Origin: Dehalococcoidia bacterium
GTDB lineage: Bacteria > Chloroflexota > Dehalococcoidia > DSTF01 > JACRBR01
NCBI GenBank assembly: GCA_040902505.1
Contig: JBBDXE010000032.1
Coordinates: 261,158-325,157 of the forward strand
Reading direction: 5' to 3'
DNA: 64,000 bases
Shown: piece by piece, positions 40,228 to 49,898 of the stretch
Numbering within the stretch: the first letter of the stretch is position 1
How the letters are laid out: each line of letters begins with the position of its first letter
Position numbers and translations under genes: made by a program
Notes under the pieces: generated by a model
Database searches by the model: none
What the model was told of the DNA's origin: nothing
Seen by the model: only the letters and a program-made list of their open reading frames with translations

Positions 40228-41039
40228 ATGAATCCACCCACTTCGATCCCAATGACGGCCATTCGTTGTTCTGCGGTGCGACGTCGGGCGGAAAAACCCA
40301 TCGCTTGGAGTTCTCGAACAAGAAGATCAGCAACCGACTGTCGTTGAACGTTAGCCCAGATGATCACAGGGCCATTGTCCGGGAAGATCGCGGCGCGTTC
40401 GTGTGCTATAGACCACCCTGCCTCGCGCAGCGTCTGGCTCAGTTCAAGGGCAAACGCCTTTGCCTCTGGATTCCCCAGATACCACGTCACTGTAGCGGGT
40501 GCTGTCGCGCCTGATAGGCGTTCGACGGCGCCCGTTCGATCTACATTGGCGAATGTCCTTCTCTGCGCACCTTGGTTCGTGATCGTGGCAGCAGTCTGTC
40601 CGCCCCGTTGATTGACCGACGTGACCTGAATCGGAGCAGTAGTTTGGATGCTTCCAGCACCCGCGATGTTTACTCCAGCGGACGGCAACGTTGGGGTCGC
40701 CGTCTTGGCAAAGGGAGGATTCGGTACGAGCCTTAAGACACCCTCAAAGAGCACAAAAGCGATTGCGATGGTTAACGGGACTAGAATGGGGTAAGCCTGC
40801 CATGGCACGTTTTGTGCGACCGAGAGTGCAACGACGCAACCTGTACTGATCACAGGTAGTGCTGTCGCGATCAACCATGGCCACAGATACTGGTATGAGA
40901 ACTGGGCATCGCTGCCAAGGCCGATAGCTCCCAGCACCCAGCGGCCGAACTGTCGAAGCCGCTTGCGCATGGCGTGATCCTCCTGATCCTGCGGGGGCTT
41001 GCGGTTGCCTCTCCCCGGACAAAGAGGCACCGGGCGCAA
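40224..41039 (-). CDS. membrane-anchored protein of unknown function, paralog B
   Basis: 271 aa (the start may be M23 at 40973). It has 2-3 TM helices and the VNQRGGQTAATITNQGAQRRT motif, and overlaps paralog A by 4 nt. Confidence 0.55.
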   Translation of the reverse strand: MRPVPLCPGRGNRKPPQDQEDHAMRKRLRQFGRWVLGAIGLGSDAQFSYQYLWPWLIATALPVISTGCVVALSVAQNVPWQAYPILVPLTIAIAFVLFEGVLRLVPNPPFAKTATPTLPSAGVNIAGAGSIQTTAPIQVTSVNQRGGQTAATITNQGAQRRTFANVDRTGAVERLSGATAPATVTWYLGNPEAKAFALELSQTLREAGWSIAHERAAIFPDNGPVIIWANVQRQSVADLLVRELQAMGFSARRRTAEQRMAVIGIEVGGFI

Positions 41040-41126
41040 GCGGCGTAATCCGCTGCGTCCATCGTCGCGGATCGGCTACCTCGCCCTCAAGTCCGCAATC
41101 GCACGCCGCCCCGCGCCGCCCCGAGC

Positions 41127-41160
41127 TAACCCCTGCCCCTTCCCTGAAGGGAAGGGGTTG
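41127..41160. repeat. perfect inverted repeat/hairpin (CCCCTTCCC-TGA-GGGAAGGGG) in a divergent intergenic region
   Basis: AACCCCTGCCCCTTCCCTGAAGGGAAGGGGTTG read directly, between paralog B and the LLM oxidoreductase gene. Confidence 0.4.
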
Positions 41161-41256
41161 TGTGGGTTGGCTGGTGCGAGTTTCGGCGCGGGTGCTCCAG
41201 CATGAGCGCTCCGCTATGATCGCCGCACGTCCGGCGCATCGACGAAGGAGGGACGC

Positions 41257-42282
41257 ATGAAGCTCGGCTACGCCATCGGCTACTGGGGGGCGGGACCGCC
41301 CGCGGGCGCCGAGGAGGGAATCCTGGAGGCGGAGCGCCTCGGCTTCGAGACCGCGTGGACGGCGGAGGCCTACGGCTCCGACGCGCTGACGCCGCTCGCC
41401 TGGTGGGGCGCGAAGACGTCGAAGATCAAGCTGGGCACGTCCATCGCGCAGATCTCGGCGCGCACGCCGACGGCGATGGCGATGGCGGCGTTGACGCTGG
41501 ACTATCTGTCGGAGGGGCGGTTCATCCTGGGGCTGGGGGCGTCGGGGCCGCAGGTGGTGGAGGGGTGGTACGGGCAGCCGTATCCGCGGCCGCTCGAGCG
41601 CACGCGCGAATACATCGACATCATCCGGATGGTGCTGGCGCGCGAGGCGCCGGTGGCGTACGCCGGCAAGCAGTACCAGCTGCCGTACCCGGGCGGGATG
41701 GGGCTGGGCAAGCCGCTGAAGTCGACGGTGCACCCGCTGCGCGCGAACCTGCCGATCTATCTGGCGGCGGAGGGGCCGAAGAACGTGGCGCTGGCGGCGG
41801 AGATCGCCGACGGGTGGCTGCCGCTGTTCTTCTCGCCGAAGAGCGACGCGTTCTACCGGAAGGCGCTCGGCGAGGGCTCCGCGCGGCCGGGGGCGCGGAG
41901 CCCGGCGGCGGAGTTCGAGGTGGTGGCGCCGGTCTCGATCGTGATCAACGACGACATCGACGCGGCGGCGAACACGATCCGGCCGATGCTGGCGCTGTAT
42001 GTGGGCGGGATGGGGGCGAAGGGGGCGAACTTCCACTATGACGTGCTGGCGCGGCTGGGGTACGACGAGGAGTGCGCGCACATCCAGTCGCTGTACCTGG
42101 CGGGGAAGCGGGCGGAGGCGATGGCGGCGATCCCGCGGGAGATGATCGAGGACGTGGCGCTGGTGGGGCCGGCGGAGAAGATCCGGGACGAGCTTGGGGC
42201 GTGGAAGCAGACGGCGCTGACGACGATGCTGGTGGGCGGCCCGCCGCGGCACCTGGAGCAGGTAGCGAAGCTGGTGCTGTAG
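41257..42282 (+). CDS. LLM class F420-dependent oxidoreductase (luciferase-like)
   Basis: 341 aa with luciferase-like TIM-barrel patterns typical of F420-dependent LLMs. AAGGAGGG RBS. Confidence 0.7.
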   Translation: MKLGYAIGYWGAGPPAGAEEGILEAERLGFETAWTAEAYGSDALTPLAWWGAKTSKIKLGTSIAQISARTPTAMAMAALTLDYLSEGRFILGLGASGPQVVEGWYGQPYPRPLERTREYIDIIRMVLAREAPVAYAGKQYQLPYPGGMGLGKPLKSTVHPLRANLPIYLAAEGPKNVALAAEIADGWLPLFFSPKSDAFYRKALGEGSARPGARSPAAEFEVVAPVSIVINDDIDAAANTIRPMLALYVGGMGAKGANFHYDVLARLGYDEECAHIQSLYLAGKRAEAMAAIPREMIEDVALVGPAEKIRDELGAWKQTALTTMLVGGPPRHLEQVAKLVL

Positions 42283-42300
42283 CCGCCCAGAGCGGGGACG

Positions 42301-43026
42301 ATGCAACCCGCCTCGATCATTCGCACAGGGCGCGCGGAGTTCCTCGCGGGGGTGCGGGCGGAGCTGCCGCTGCTGCTCGGCGTGGTGCCGTTCGGGGCGG
42401 CGTACGGCGCGACCGCGGTCGATTCGGGGCTCTCGTCCGGGCTCGCGCAGTCGATGTCGTTCATCATCTTCGGCGGGGCGAGCCAGTTCGTGGCGGTGGA
42501 GCTGTTCGCGGCGAGCGTGCCGGGGATCGTCGTGGCGCTGACGGTGGCGCTGGTGAACCTGCGTCACCTGCTGTACAGCGCGTCGCTGGCGCCGCACGTC
42601 GCGCACCTGCCGCCGCGTTGGCGCTGGTTCCTCGCGTATCTGCTGACGGATGAGGCGTACGCCGTCGGCATCACGCGCTACCGGGACGGCACGGACGCGC
42701 CGGGGAAGCACTGGTACCTGCTGGGCGCGGGGTGCGCGCTGTGGGCGTCGTGGCAGGTCAGCACGGGCGTGGGTGTGTTTGCGGGCGCCGTTGTGCCGGA
42801 CAGCTGGTCGCTGGACTTCGCGCTGCCGCTGACGTTCATCGCGCTGCTCGTGCCGGCGCTGACGGGGCGGGGGGCGCTGGCGGCGGCGGTGGTCGCGGGG
42901 GCGGTGGCGGTGGCGGCGCACGGGTGGCCGTACGGGACGTGGCTGATCACGGCGGCGCTGGCGGGCATCGTCGCGGGGATGGCGGCGGAGCGGACGGCGA
43001 CGGAGCGGGCGCGGGAGGCGGCGTGA
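42301..43026 (+). CDS. azlC: AzlC family branched-chain amino acid permease component
   Basis: 241-aa polytopic membrane protein with the AzlC pattern (GVVPFGAAYG...FGGASQF). Confidence 0.75.
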   Translation: MQPASIIRTGRAEFLAGVRAELPLLLGVVPFGAAYGATAVDSGLSSGLAQSMSFIIFGGASQFVAVELFAASVPGIVVALTVALVNLRHLLYSASLAPHVAHLPPRWRWFLAYLLTDEAYAVGITRYRDGTDAPGKHWYLLGAGCALWASWQVSTGVGVFAGAVVPDSWSLDFALPLTFIALLVPALTGRGALAAAVVAGAVAVAAHGWPYGTWLITAALAGIVAGMAAERTATERAREAA

Positions 43027-43343
43027 CGCTGTGGCTCGTCGTGGCCGGCGCGGGGGTGCTGACGTACGGGATCCGGCTGTCGATGCTGGTGTTCGTGAGC
43101 CACGACGCGCTGCCGGACGCGGCGCGCAACGCGCTGCGCTTCGTGACGCCGGCGATCCTCTGCGCCATCATCCTGCCGAACGTGCTCTACCTGGGGGATG
43201 ACGATACGCTGAGCGCCGGTATCGGCAACGAGCGGCTGATCGCGGCGGTGGCGGCGGCGGCGGTGTCGCTGATCGGCCGGAACGTGTGGCTGACGATCGG
43301 GACGGGGATGGGTGTGCTGTGGGTGTTGCAGTGGGCGACGTGA
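43023..43343 (+). CDS. azlD: AzlD family branched-chain amino acid transport protein
   Basis: 106 aa with four TM segments. GTGA overlap with azlC. Typical AzlD N-terminus WLVVAGAGVLTYGIRLS. Confidence 0.7.
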   Translation: MTLWLVVAGAGVLTYGIRLSMLVFVSHDALPDAARNALRFVTPAILCAIILPNVLYLGDDDTLSAGIGNERLIAAVAAAAVSLIGRNVWLTIGTGMGVLWVLQWAT

Positions 43344-43352
43344 AACGCGGAG

Positions 43353-43976
43353 GTGCGCATGGCTGACGACCTGATCGCGACGCTGCAGCGCATGACGGAC
43401 GGGCTGTTCGCCGGGGCGCTCGGCGTGCGGTTCCTGGAGGCGGGGCCGGAGCGGGTGGTGGCGGAGCTGGACGTGCGCGACGAGCTGTGCACGACGCCGG
43501 GGATCCTCCACGGCGGGGCGATCATGGCGTTCGCGGACACGCTGGGCGGGCATGCGACGGGGATCAACCTTCCGCAGGGCGCGGGGACGACGACGGTGGA
43601 GTCGAAGACGAACTTCTTCGCGCCGGCGCGGACGGGGACGACGATCCGGGGCGAGTGCATCGCGCTGCACCGGGGGAAGCGGACCATGGTGTGGCAGACG
43701 CGCGTGACGTCGCCGGAGGGGCGGCTGATCGCGATCATCACGCAGACGCAGATCGTGCTGGAGCCGCAGCGGACGGAGGAGCAGCAGCTGGCGGCGCTGT
43801 TCGCGGGGAAGCCGATCGAGGAGCAGCATGCGCTGCTGGCGCGGCTGGAGCGCAGCGGGGCGGCGCTGTATCGCGCGTTCGCGGAGCAGGAGGGGGATGC
43901 GTCGGCGCGGGCGGAGCTGCTGGCGGCGGCGGAGCGGGAGGAGGAGAACGCCCGCCTGCTCGAAGGGCCGGCGTAG
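43353..43976 (+). CDS. PaaI-family hotdog thioesterase with C-terminal helical extension
   Basis: Hotdog thioesterase motif [19 protein letters not shown]. The C-terminal ~70 aa are Ala/Glu/Arg-rich and helical. Confidence 0.65.
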   Translation: MRMADDLIATLQRMTDGLFAGALGVRFLEAGPERVVAELDVRDELCTTPGILHGGAIMAFADTLGGHATGINLPQGAGTTTVESKTNFFAPARTGTTIRGECIALHRGKRTMVWQTRVTSPEGRLIAIITQTQIVLEPQRTEEQQLAALFAGKPIEEQHALLARLERSGAALYRAFAEQEGDASARAELLAAAEREEENARLLEGPA

Positions 43977-43978
43977 CC

Positions 43979-44323
43979 ATGAGCGGCGACGCAGCCGCTT
44001 CCGTCTCCATCGAGCGGGCGATCGCCGCGCTGCCGGGGCCCTGGCGCCCGGCCGACCTCGCCGTCGCCAACGACACCGTCGTGCGCGTGGCGCGCCTCGA
44101 AGGTGACTTCCCGTGGCACACGCACGAAGAGGACGAGCTGTTCCTGTGCTGGGACGGGACGTTTCGCATCGAGATGGAGGGGCGGGAGGCGGTGGCGCTC
44201 AGCGCCGGGGAGCTGTTCGTGGTGCGGCGCGGCGTGCGTCATCGGCCGGTGGCGGGGGCGCGCGCGCACGCGATCCTCATCGAAAAGCCGGAGACGAAGC
44301 AGTACGGGGACGCCAACGGCTAG
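43979..44323 (+). CDS. cupin domain protein
   Basis: 114 aa with the cupin motif [10 protein letters not shown]...G followed by a second His-containing motif. Confidence 0.6.
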   Translation: MSGDAAASVSIERAIAALPGPWRPADLAVANDTVVRVARLEGDFPWHTHEEDELFLCWDGTFRIEMEGREAVALSAGELFVVRRGVRHRPVAGARAHAILIEKPETKQYGDANG

Positions 44324-44487
44324 CCAGGGCGCGCTGCGCTCCGGTTGGCTGTAAACCGACGCGTGCCGCCAGAAGCCAGCCGGTAGACTGGAGCCAAGGC
44401 AGTCGCGGAACTCTCCACCCCACCCCCGCGAGAGAAAGAGGCCGCCATCCGCCGCTGAGCGAACGGCGGCAGCCGGAGGGCTCGCGG

Positions 44488-47250
44488 GTGAAGGATCCAA
44501 CGGGGAGCGTGCGACCTCGACGGCGTGGCGCGTCGGGACGGCTGAGCCTTGCCATCGCGGCAGCTCTCACGCTCGGCGTGGTGGTCGCGGTCGATCCGGC
44601 AACGGAGTCTACGGCGTCGGTGGGCACGGTCCAGTTTTCGACGACGCCGGCGCTCTATCCTGCGTTCAGCACAGCGGTGAGCGATTACGTGGTCCGCTGC
44701 ACGGCCAGCACTGCGGTGCAGGTCTCCGTCTCGAATTCTGATGCTTCCGATACGACGACGCAGGTGTCGGTGGACGGACAGGCGGCGCGACAGGGTGCGT
44801 TCAACGCCCAGGTCAGCCTCGGCCTCGGTCAGGGCTTCACGATCACGGTCACGCAGGGCACCACGTCGAAGGACTACTACGTCCGCTGCCTGCCGACCGG
44901 CTATCCGACCTGGACGAGCCAGCGGCCGGGTTCGCCGCAGGCAGAGTATTACGTGGTAGCTCCCGTCCCCAACACGGCAACCGGGCAAGCCAACCGGTAC
45001 ATCACTATGTTCGACACGAACGGTGTGCCGATCTGGTGGACGCGGCCTCCCAATCCGTACCGGCCGGTGGACGCGAAACTTCTCCCGAACGGCGACATCC
45101 TCTGGGCGGATACCGAGGGCACCAGCACCCTCAGTGGCCACAACGCCCAGCACCGCCGTCTCGACGGCTCAGTAGTCGACGACACGATCAGCCTGGACGG
45201 CTATCAACTGGATGCTCACGAGGTCCAGCGCCTGGCGAACGGGAACTACCTGGTGATCGGCACCAACCCAAGGTGCTGCTACAACCTGAGCAGCCACGGC
45301 GGGACGTCGAGCGCGACGATCCGGGACAGCGTGATCCAGGAGGTCACGCCCGGCGGTACAGCCGTGTGGACGTGGTTCGCCGCCGATCACATCGGCCTCG
45401 ACGAGGTGCAGCAGCAGTGGTGGCAGCTCATCGTGCAGGTCGGGAGTCCGTACGACGTCTTCCACATGAACTCGGCGGTGACGGACGCGGCGGGCGACGT
45501 CCTCATCTCGTTCAGGTATACGAACTCGATCTACAAGATCACCAATCCCGCCGCGCCGGCGGACGCGGGGGACATCATCTGGAAGCTCGGCGGTTCCGCC
45601 CCGACGATGGAACCGGGCACGCGGCTGACGGTCTCCGGCGACCCGGTCTTCGCCTCCGGCGGGGGGTTCGGCGGGCAGCACTACCCGCGTTACTTCGACG
45701 CCGGCGACGGGGAACTCTATGTGACGCTCCACGACAACGGCAGCAGCCTCGGCCGGCCGCCGCGAGGCGTGCGCTATCGGATCAACGAAGCAGCCGGGAC
45801 GGCCACCCTCGTCGAGGACGTCCGGGATACGGCTTCTCCGAACCTGAGGTCGGCGTGCTGCGGCAGCGCCGGCAAGCTCCCCGGCGGCAACTGGGTCATG
45901 TCCTGGGGCGGGAATGCGCTCATGACGGAGCTGACGCCCTCGGGCAGCCGCGCCTTCGTCCTCACGTTCACGGCCCCCTCGTATCGCGTCGAACCCGTGT
46001 TGCCCGGCGCGGCGACGCGGCAGCAACTGCGGGATGGGATGAACGCGCAGTATCCGCGTTCGCCTGCGTCGACGCCTACGCCAACGGCTACGCCAACACG
46101 CACGCCCACGGCAACGCCAACGCGCACGCCGACACGCACTCCCACCCGGACGAGCACGGCGACGCCCACGGCGACACGGACGGCCACGAGCACTCCGACG
46201 CCCACGGCGACGACTACCTCCGTACCCACGTCCACCGCTCCGCCGACCGAGACGCCGACGCCGACTGCCACCAGCACGCCGACTCACACGCCGACCGCGA
46301 CCAGCACCGCGACCGACACGCCGGCCAGCACACCGACCGCGACGAGGACGCCCGTGCCAACAGCGACCGAGACGTTGGTGCCGACTCACACGCCGACTAC
46401 GACCAGCACCGCGACAGACACGCCGACCCACACGCCGACAGCGACATCGACCGCCACCAGTACGCCGACAGTCACCCCAACCGGCGTCCCCACCGCCACC
46501 CACACGCCCGATCCCACCAGCACGCCGCCCCCCGCGGACACGTCCACCCCGGATGCGACGGGCACGCCGGCCGCCACCGCCACCCCGACGCCCTGCAGCG
46601 GCGACCTCGACTGCGACGGCGTCGCGGACGGCGTCGACAACTGCCCCACCGACGCGAACCTTGGCCAGGAGAACTTCGACTCGGAGGAGATCGGCAACGG
46701 TCCGGGCATCCCGGACGAGGACGTGACGGTGCCGAACGGCGACGCCTTCGGCGACGACTGCGACGAAGACGACGACAACGATGGCATCCCGGACGCGTTG
46801 GACGGCGACCCCCGCGGCGACATCACCTACGACGACGACGGCGACGGCGACCCGGCCTCAGGCTGCTACGGCGGCGCGGACGCGGCGGACGATGGTCCGA
46901 GCTGGGATACGGACTGCGACGGGAAGCGCGACGGGGCGCCGTCGGACTGCGGATCGGCGGCGCTCGATAGCGACGGCGACGGGCTGATCGATGCGTGGGA
47001 GACGTGCCACTGGGGGACGTCGAACGCGAGTGCGGATTCGGATGGGGACGGGTTGGGGGACTGCGTGGAGGCGATGGACGTGAACGGCAATGGGCTCGCC
47101 AATGCCGCCGACGCTACGCTCATCGCACAGGCGTTCTTTGGAATCATCGGGAGCGACGGCGCCTTCGACATCAACGGGAACGGCGTGATCACGGCCGGCG
47201 ACCGGACGCTCGTGCTGCGCGGGTTTTTCGATGTGAGTCCCTGCCTGTGA
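44488..47250 (+). CDS. secreted multidomain protein: ASST-like (arylsulfotransferase family) beta-propeller + Pro/Thr-rich linker + thrombospondin type-3-like Ca-binding repeats + C-terminal dockerin
   Basis: GTG start after GGAGGG, with signal peptide [29 protein letters not shown]_2-like motifs [15 protein letters not shown] and [30 protein letters not shown] ~180-aa PT repeat. A DxDxDG-rich TSP3-like region. Two dockerin repeats, [22 protein letters not shown] and [21 protein letters not shown]. Confidence 0.65.
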   Translation: MKDPTGSVRPRRRGASGRLSLAIAAALTLGVVVAVDPATESTASVGTVQFSTTPALYPAFSTAVSDYVVRCTASTAVQVSVSNSDASDTTTQVSVDGQAARQGAFNAQVSLGLGQGFTITVTQGTTSKDYYVRCLPTGYPTWTSQRPGSPQAEYYVVAPVPNTATGQANRYITMFDTNGVPIWWTRPPNPYRPVDAKLLPNGDILWADTEGTSTLSGHNAQHRRLDGSVVDDTISLDGYQLDAHEVQRLANGNYLVIGTNPRCCYNLSSHGGTSSATIRDSVIQEVTPGGTAVWTWFAADHIGLDEVQQQWWQLIVQVGSPYDVFHMNSAVTDAAGDVLISFRYTNSIYKITNPAAPADAGDIIWKLGGSAPTMEPGTRLTVSGDPVFASGGGFGGQHYPRYFDAGDGELYVTLHDNGSSLGRPPRGVRYRINEAAGTATLVEDVRDTASPNLRSACCGSAGKLPGGNWVMSWGGNALMTELTPSGSRAFVLTFTAPSYRVEPVLPGAATRQQLRDGMNAQYPRSPASTPTPTATPTRTPTATPTRTPTRTPTRTSTATPTATRTATSTPTPTATTTSVPTSTAPPTETPTPTATSTPTHTPTATSTATDTPASTPTATRTPVPTATETLVPTHTPTTTSTATDTPTHTPTATSTATSTPTVTPTGVPTATHTPDPTSTPPPADTSTPDATGTPAATATPTPCSGDLDCDGVADGVDNCPTDANLGQENFDSEEIGNGPGIPDEDVTVPNGDAFGDDCDEDDDNDGIPDALDGDPRGDITYDDDGDGDPASGCYGGADAADDGPSWDTDCDGKRDGAPSDCGSAALDSDGDGLIDAWETCHWGTSNASADSDGDGLGDCVEAMDVNGNGLANAADATLIAQAFFGIIGSDGAFDINGNGVITAGDRTLVLRGFFDVSPCL
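46068..46596 (+). repeat. tandem Pro/Thr-coding low-complexity repeat (TPTATPT units) inside the CDS
   Basis: Degenerate ACG CCC ACG GCG/ACC units repeated directly in the DNA. They encode the PT linker. Confidence 0.8.
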
Positions 47251-47332
47251 TCCCGGGACACGACAGTCCCATGGTGTAAGTCTCGGATCTCGAGTGACAT
47301 CCGCTCGTCGGGCCGTATGGCGATGCGAGCGG

Positions 47333-48280
47333 CTACGGCCTGGTGGTCTCGGTCAGCGTCGTCACCGGGCGGGGGAGCGGTTCGGACCCGTCACAGAAGC
47401 CGCGGCCGGGGTTGTAGGTGAAGAGCAGTCGCGTGCCGCTCTGGTTGAAGCCGACGGGGATCAGCTCTCCCTCGCGGTCGATCTCCAGCAGCGTGGTCAT
47501 CGCGCCGCCGTCCAGTTGGACCAGGCCGATCGCGCGGCGTGGGCTGGCGTCCGCGCCGGGGATGAGGTCTACGGCCAGGGCAACGCCGTCCGGCCGCCAG
47601 GCGTACTCCACGATGACGGCATCGTCGTCCGGCGTGAGGTTGCGCAGCACGCCGGTCGTTGGATCGAACACGAACAGGTCGAAGCCGGCGCAGAGGTTGC
47701 CCAGCAGCGCCAGCGGGCCGTTCTGCGGCGACCACTTCGGCTCGGCGGCGTTCGAGATGCTCCATGACCGGCCGCCGCCTGTGCGCGCGACCAGCGTTGC
47801 CACGACGCCGGATGTATCGACCGACGCCGACCAGAGCCCGTCCGGCGAGAGTCCGCCGATCTCCTCGGGCGCGCAGCCGGCGCTCCCGGACGAGATCTTC
47901 CCGTCGTCCCCCACGTAGTACTCGCCGCCGACGCTGAGCACTTCGCCGCACCAGGCCGCGCGGACGTCCAACACGCGGACCAGCCCTGTCTCGATGTCAA
48001 GGACGAAGAATGACGAACCGTTCAGATAGCGGTCACTGAGTGCCTCGTCCTGCGGCAGCGGAGGGGTGACGATGAACGGAGGGCCATCCGACGGCGCCGG
48101 CGATGCTGCCGGGCGCGCGGTCGGCGCAATGACGCCTGGGGTGGACGATCCGGCAAGGGGCGCGGTGGTGGGTTCGCTGGCGGTGCCATCGTCGCAGGCT
48201 GCAACTGCGACAGCGACGGCGATGAGAAGCGCTGCGAGACATCGGCGGGATCGAAGTGGGAGCGGCCCGACGCGGGCCAC
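47333..48280 (-). CDS. lipoprotein with beta-propeller-like (TolB/WD40-like) domain, function unknown
   Basis: Lipobox LIAVAVAVAAC after a basic n-region. GTG 48280 (or 48286) is proposed, because the six-frame ORF N-terminus (48287-48364) overlaps the tRNA. Confidence 0.5.
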   Translation of the reverse strand: MARVGPLPLRSRRCLAALLIAVAVAVAACDDGTASEPTTAPLAGSSTPGVIAPTARPAASPAPSDGPPFIVTPPLPQDEALSDRYLNGSSFFVLDIETGLVRVLDVRAAWCGEVLSVGGEYYVGDDGKISSGSAGCAPEEIGGLSPDGLWSASVDTSGVVATLVARTGGGRSWSISNAAEPKWSPQNGPLALLGNLCAGFDLFVFDPTTGVLRNLTPDDDAVIVEYAWRPDGVALAVDLIPGADASPRRAIGLVQLDGGAMTTLLEIDREGELIPVGFNQSGTRLLFTYNPGRGFCDGSEPLPRPVTTLTETTRP

Positions 48281-48303
48281 TCCCACTTCAGAGTTTCCGG
48301 GGC

Positions 48304-48379
<76 letters not shown>

Positions 48380-48424
48380 GTGGTGCCAGTATACCCAGCG
48401 GCCTCAGGGCGCCTCAACGCATGT

Positions 48425-48925
48425 TCAGCGCCACTCAGGTGGGTCGGCGACGATGCGCTTCGCTGCGAGATCGACCGAGACGATCACGTCGTCGAGCGCG
48501 GGGAGGAGGAGGTCCGTGCCGTCCGGCGTGCGCACGCGATAGACGTCGTTCGCGCCCGTCTCGATCACCTCCGCGAGCGTGCCGAGCGCGCGGCCCTCGC
48601 GGTCGAACACGTGCAGGCCGATGAGCTGGTAGCGGTAGTACTCGCCGGGCGGGAGCGCGGGGAGCGACTCCTCCGGCACCTGCAGGATGTGGTGGCGCAG
48701 CCGCTCGACGCTGGTGCGGTCGGGGTATCCCTCGAACGTAAGGTAGAGGTGCCCGGAGGCGCGCCGCGACCGCGCGACCGTCACCTCCTCGCGTCCGGCG
48801 AAGAGCTTCGACTTCGGGGCGAAACGCTGCGGGTTGTCGGTGAGCGCCTGCACCTTCAGCTCGCCCTTCAGGCCGAACGGGCCGAGCAGGCGCCCGACGG
48901 CGACGAAGCCGGGGTCGGGGTCCAT
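48425..48925 (-). CDS. rimM: ribosome maturation factor RimM
   Basis: FVAVGRLLGPFGLKGELKV and a PRC-barrel C-terminus. ATG 48925 gives the typical ~167 aa. The ORF could extend to GTG 49165, adding a Pro/Arg-rich extension. Confidence 0.65.
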   Translation of the reverse strand: MDPDPGFVAVGRLLGPFGLKGELKVQALTDNPQRFAPKSKLFAGREEVTVARSRRASGHLYLTFEGYPDRTSVERLRHHILQVPEESLPALPPGEYYRYQLIGLHVFDREGRALGTLAEVIETGANDVYRVRTPDGTDLLLPALDDVIVSVDLAAKRIVADPPEWR

Positions 48926-49170
48926 CTGCGGCTTCGTGAGAGCAGGTTGCTTCCTTGGGGCGGCTGGAGGCGGCGGCTCACCCGGCGTCTTCTCTCGCTG
49001 CGCCATGGGGACTGGAGGCTGGAGGATGGAGGATGGAGGGGACGCGGGCAGCCGGGACTTCGCTCGCTGTTTCGTGGCGGCTGGGGGCGGGATGCGGGGT
49101 GCGGGACGGCGGGTGGGCCGCTTGGCGAAAGGCGACTTGCGAGAGGCGGGTTCCCGGGGGGGCACGCGCC

Positions 49171-49401
49171 CTACTCGCCGATCTCCAGCGACGCGTACTC
49201 TTCGTGGCGGATGGCGGAGACTTTCAGGAGCGCGCGCATAGCCTGCGCGACGCGGCCGCCCTTCCCGATCACCTTCCCGTAGTCGTCTTCGCCGACCTTG
49301 AGGCGGACGAGGACGCGGCCGCGCTCTTCCTCTTCGGTGACGCTCACGTCGTCGGGGGCGTCGACGATGGCCTTGGCGATGTACTCGATCAGCTCTTTCA
49401 T
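49171..49401 (-). CDS. KH-domain RNA-binding protein (YlqC/UPF0109 family)
   Basis: 76 aa with KH GxxG motif VIGKGGRVAQAMRAL. Conserved position between rpsP and rimM. Confidence 0.8.
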   Translation of the reverse strand: MKELIEYIAKAIVDAPDDVSVTEEEERGRVLVRLKVGEDDYGKVIGKGGRVAQAMRALLKVSAIRHEEYASLEIGE

Positions 49402-49407
49402 CGCCGG

Positions 49408-49896
49408 CTACGCCTCCGCTGGAGCGGCATCAACGCCGGGTGCGGCCGTCTCGGCCGACGCGGGTGCCTCCGCGGGCGCGGCATCAGCCTCGGGGGCGGG
49501 CTCGTCGGCCGGCGCGGGCGCCTCTGCGGGTGCGGCTGCTTCGGGAGCCGGTGCCTCGGCGACGGCCGTCGCGGCGGGCGCGGAAGCTGCTGCCGGAGCC
49601 GCTGTCGGTGTCTCTTCGGCGACGGCCTTCTCTGCGCGGACCGGCGGCGGCGGCACTTCGCCGATGCCCTTGCTGGCGAGGATGCGCACCACGCGGTCGG
49701 AGGGGGCGGCGCCCTTCGACAGCCAGAAGCGCGCCTTCTCCTCGTCGAGGGTGATGCTGGCCGGCTCGGTCAGCGGGTTGTAGGTGCCGATGATCTCGAC
49801 GTAGGCGCCGTCACGCGGCGCGCGCGAGTCGGCAACCACCACGCGGTAGCTGGGCTGCTTCTTCTTTCCTGTACGACGCAAACGAATCCTCAGCAC
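49408..49896 (-). CDS. rpsP: 30S ribosomal protein S16 with C-terminal Ala/Pro/Glu-rich extension
   Basis: GTG start after GGAGGGAG. The N-terminus LRIRLRRTGKKKQPSYRVVVAD is canonical S16. The ~80-aa APE-rich tail resembles the long S16 forms of actinobacteria. Confidence 0.85.
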   Translation of the reverse strand: MLRIRLRRTGKKKQPSYRVVVADSRAPRDGAYVEIIGTYNPLTEPASITLDEEKARFWLSKGAAPSDRVVRILASKGIGEVPPPPVRAEKAVAEETPTAAPAAASAPAATAVAEAPAPEAAAPAEAPAPADEPAPEADAAPAEAPASAETAAPGVDAAPAEA

Positions 49897-49898
49897 GC

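Noticed and set aside
46068-46596. Tandem repeats that could be mistaken for a CRISPR or VNTR locus
   Set aside because: The units are 9-21 nt, imperfect, in frame and encode a Pro/Thr linker inside a CDS. No spacer/repeat periodicity of 28-37 nt was found.
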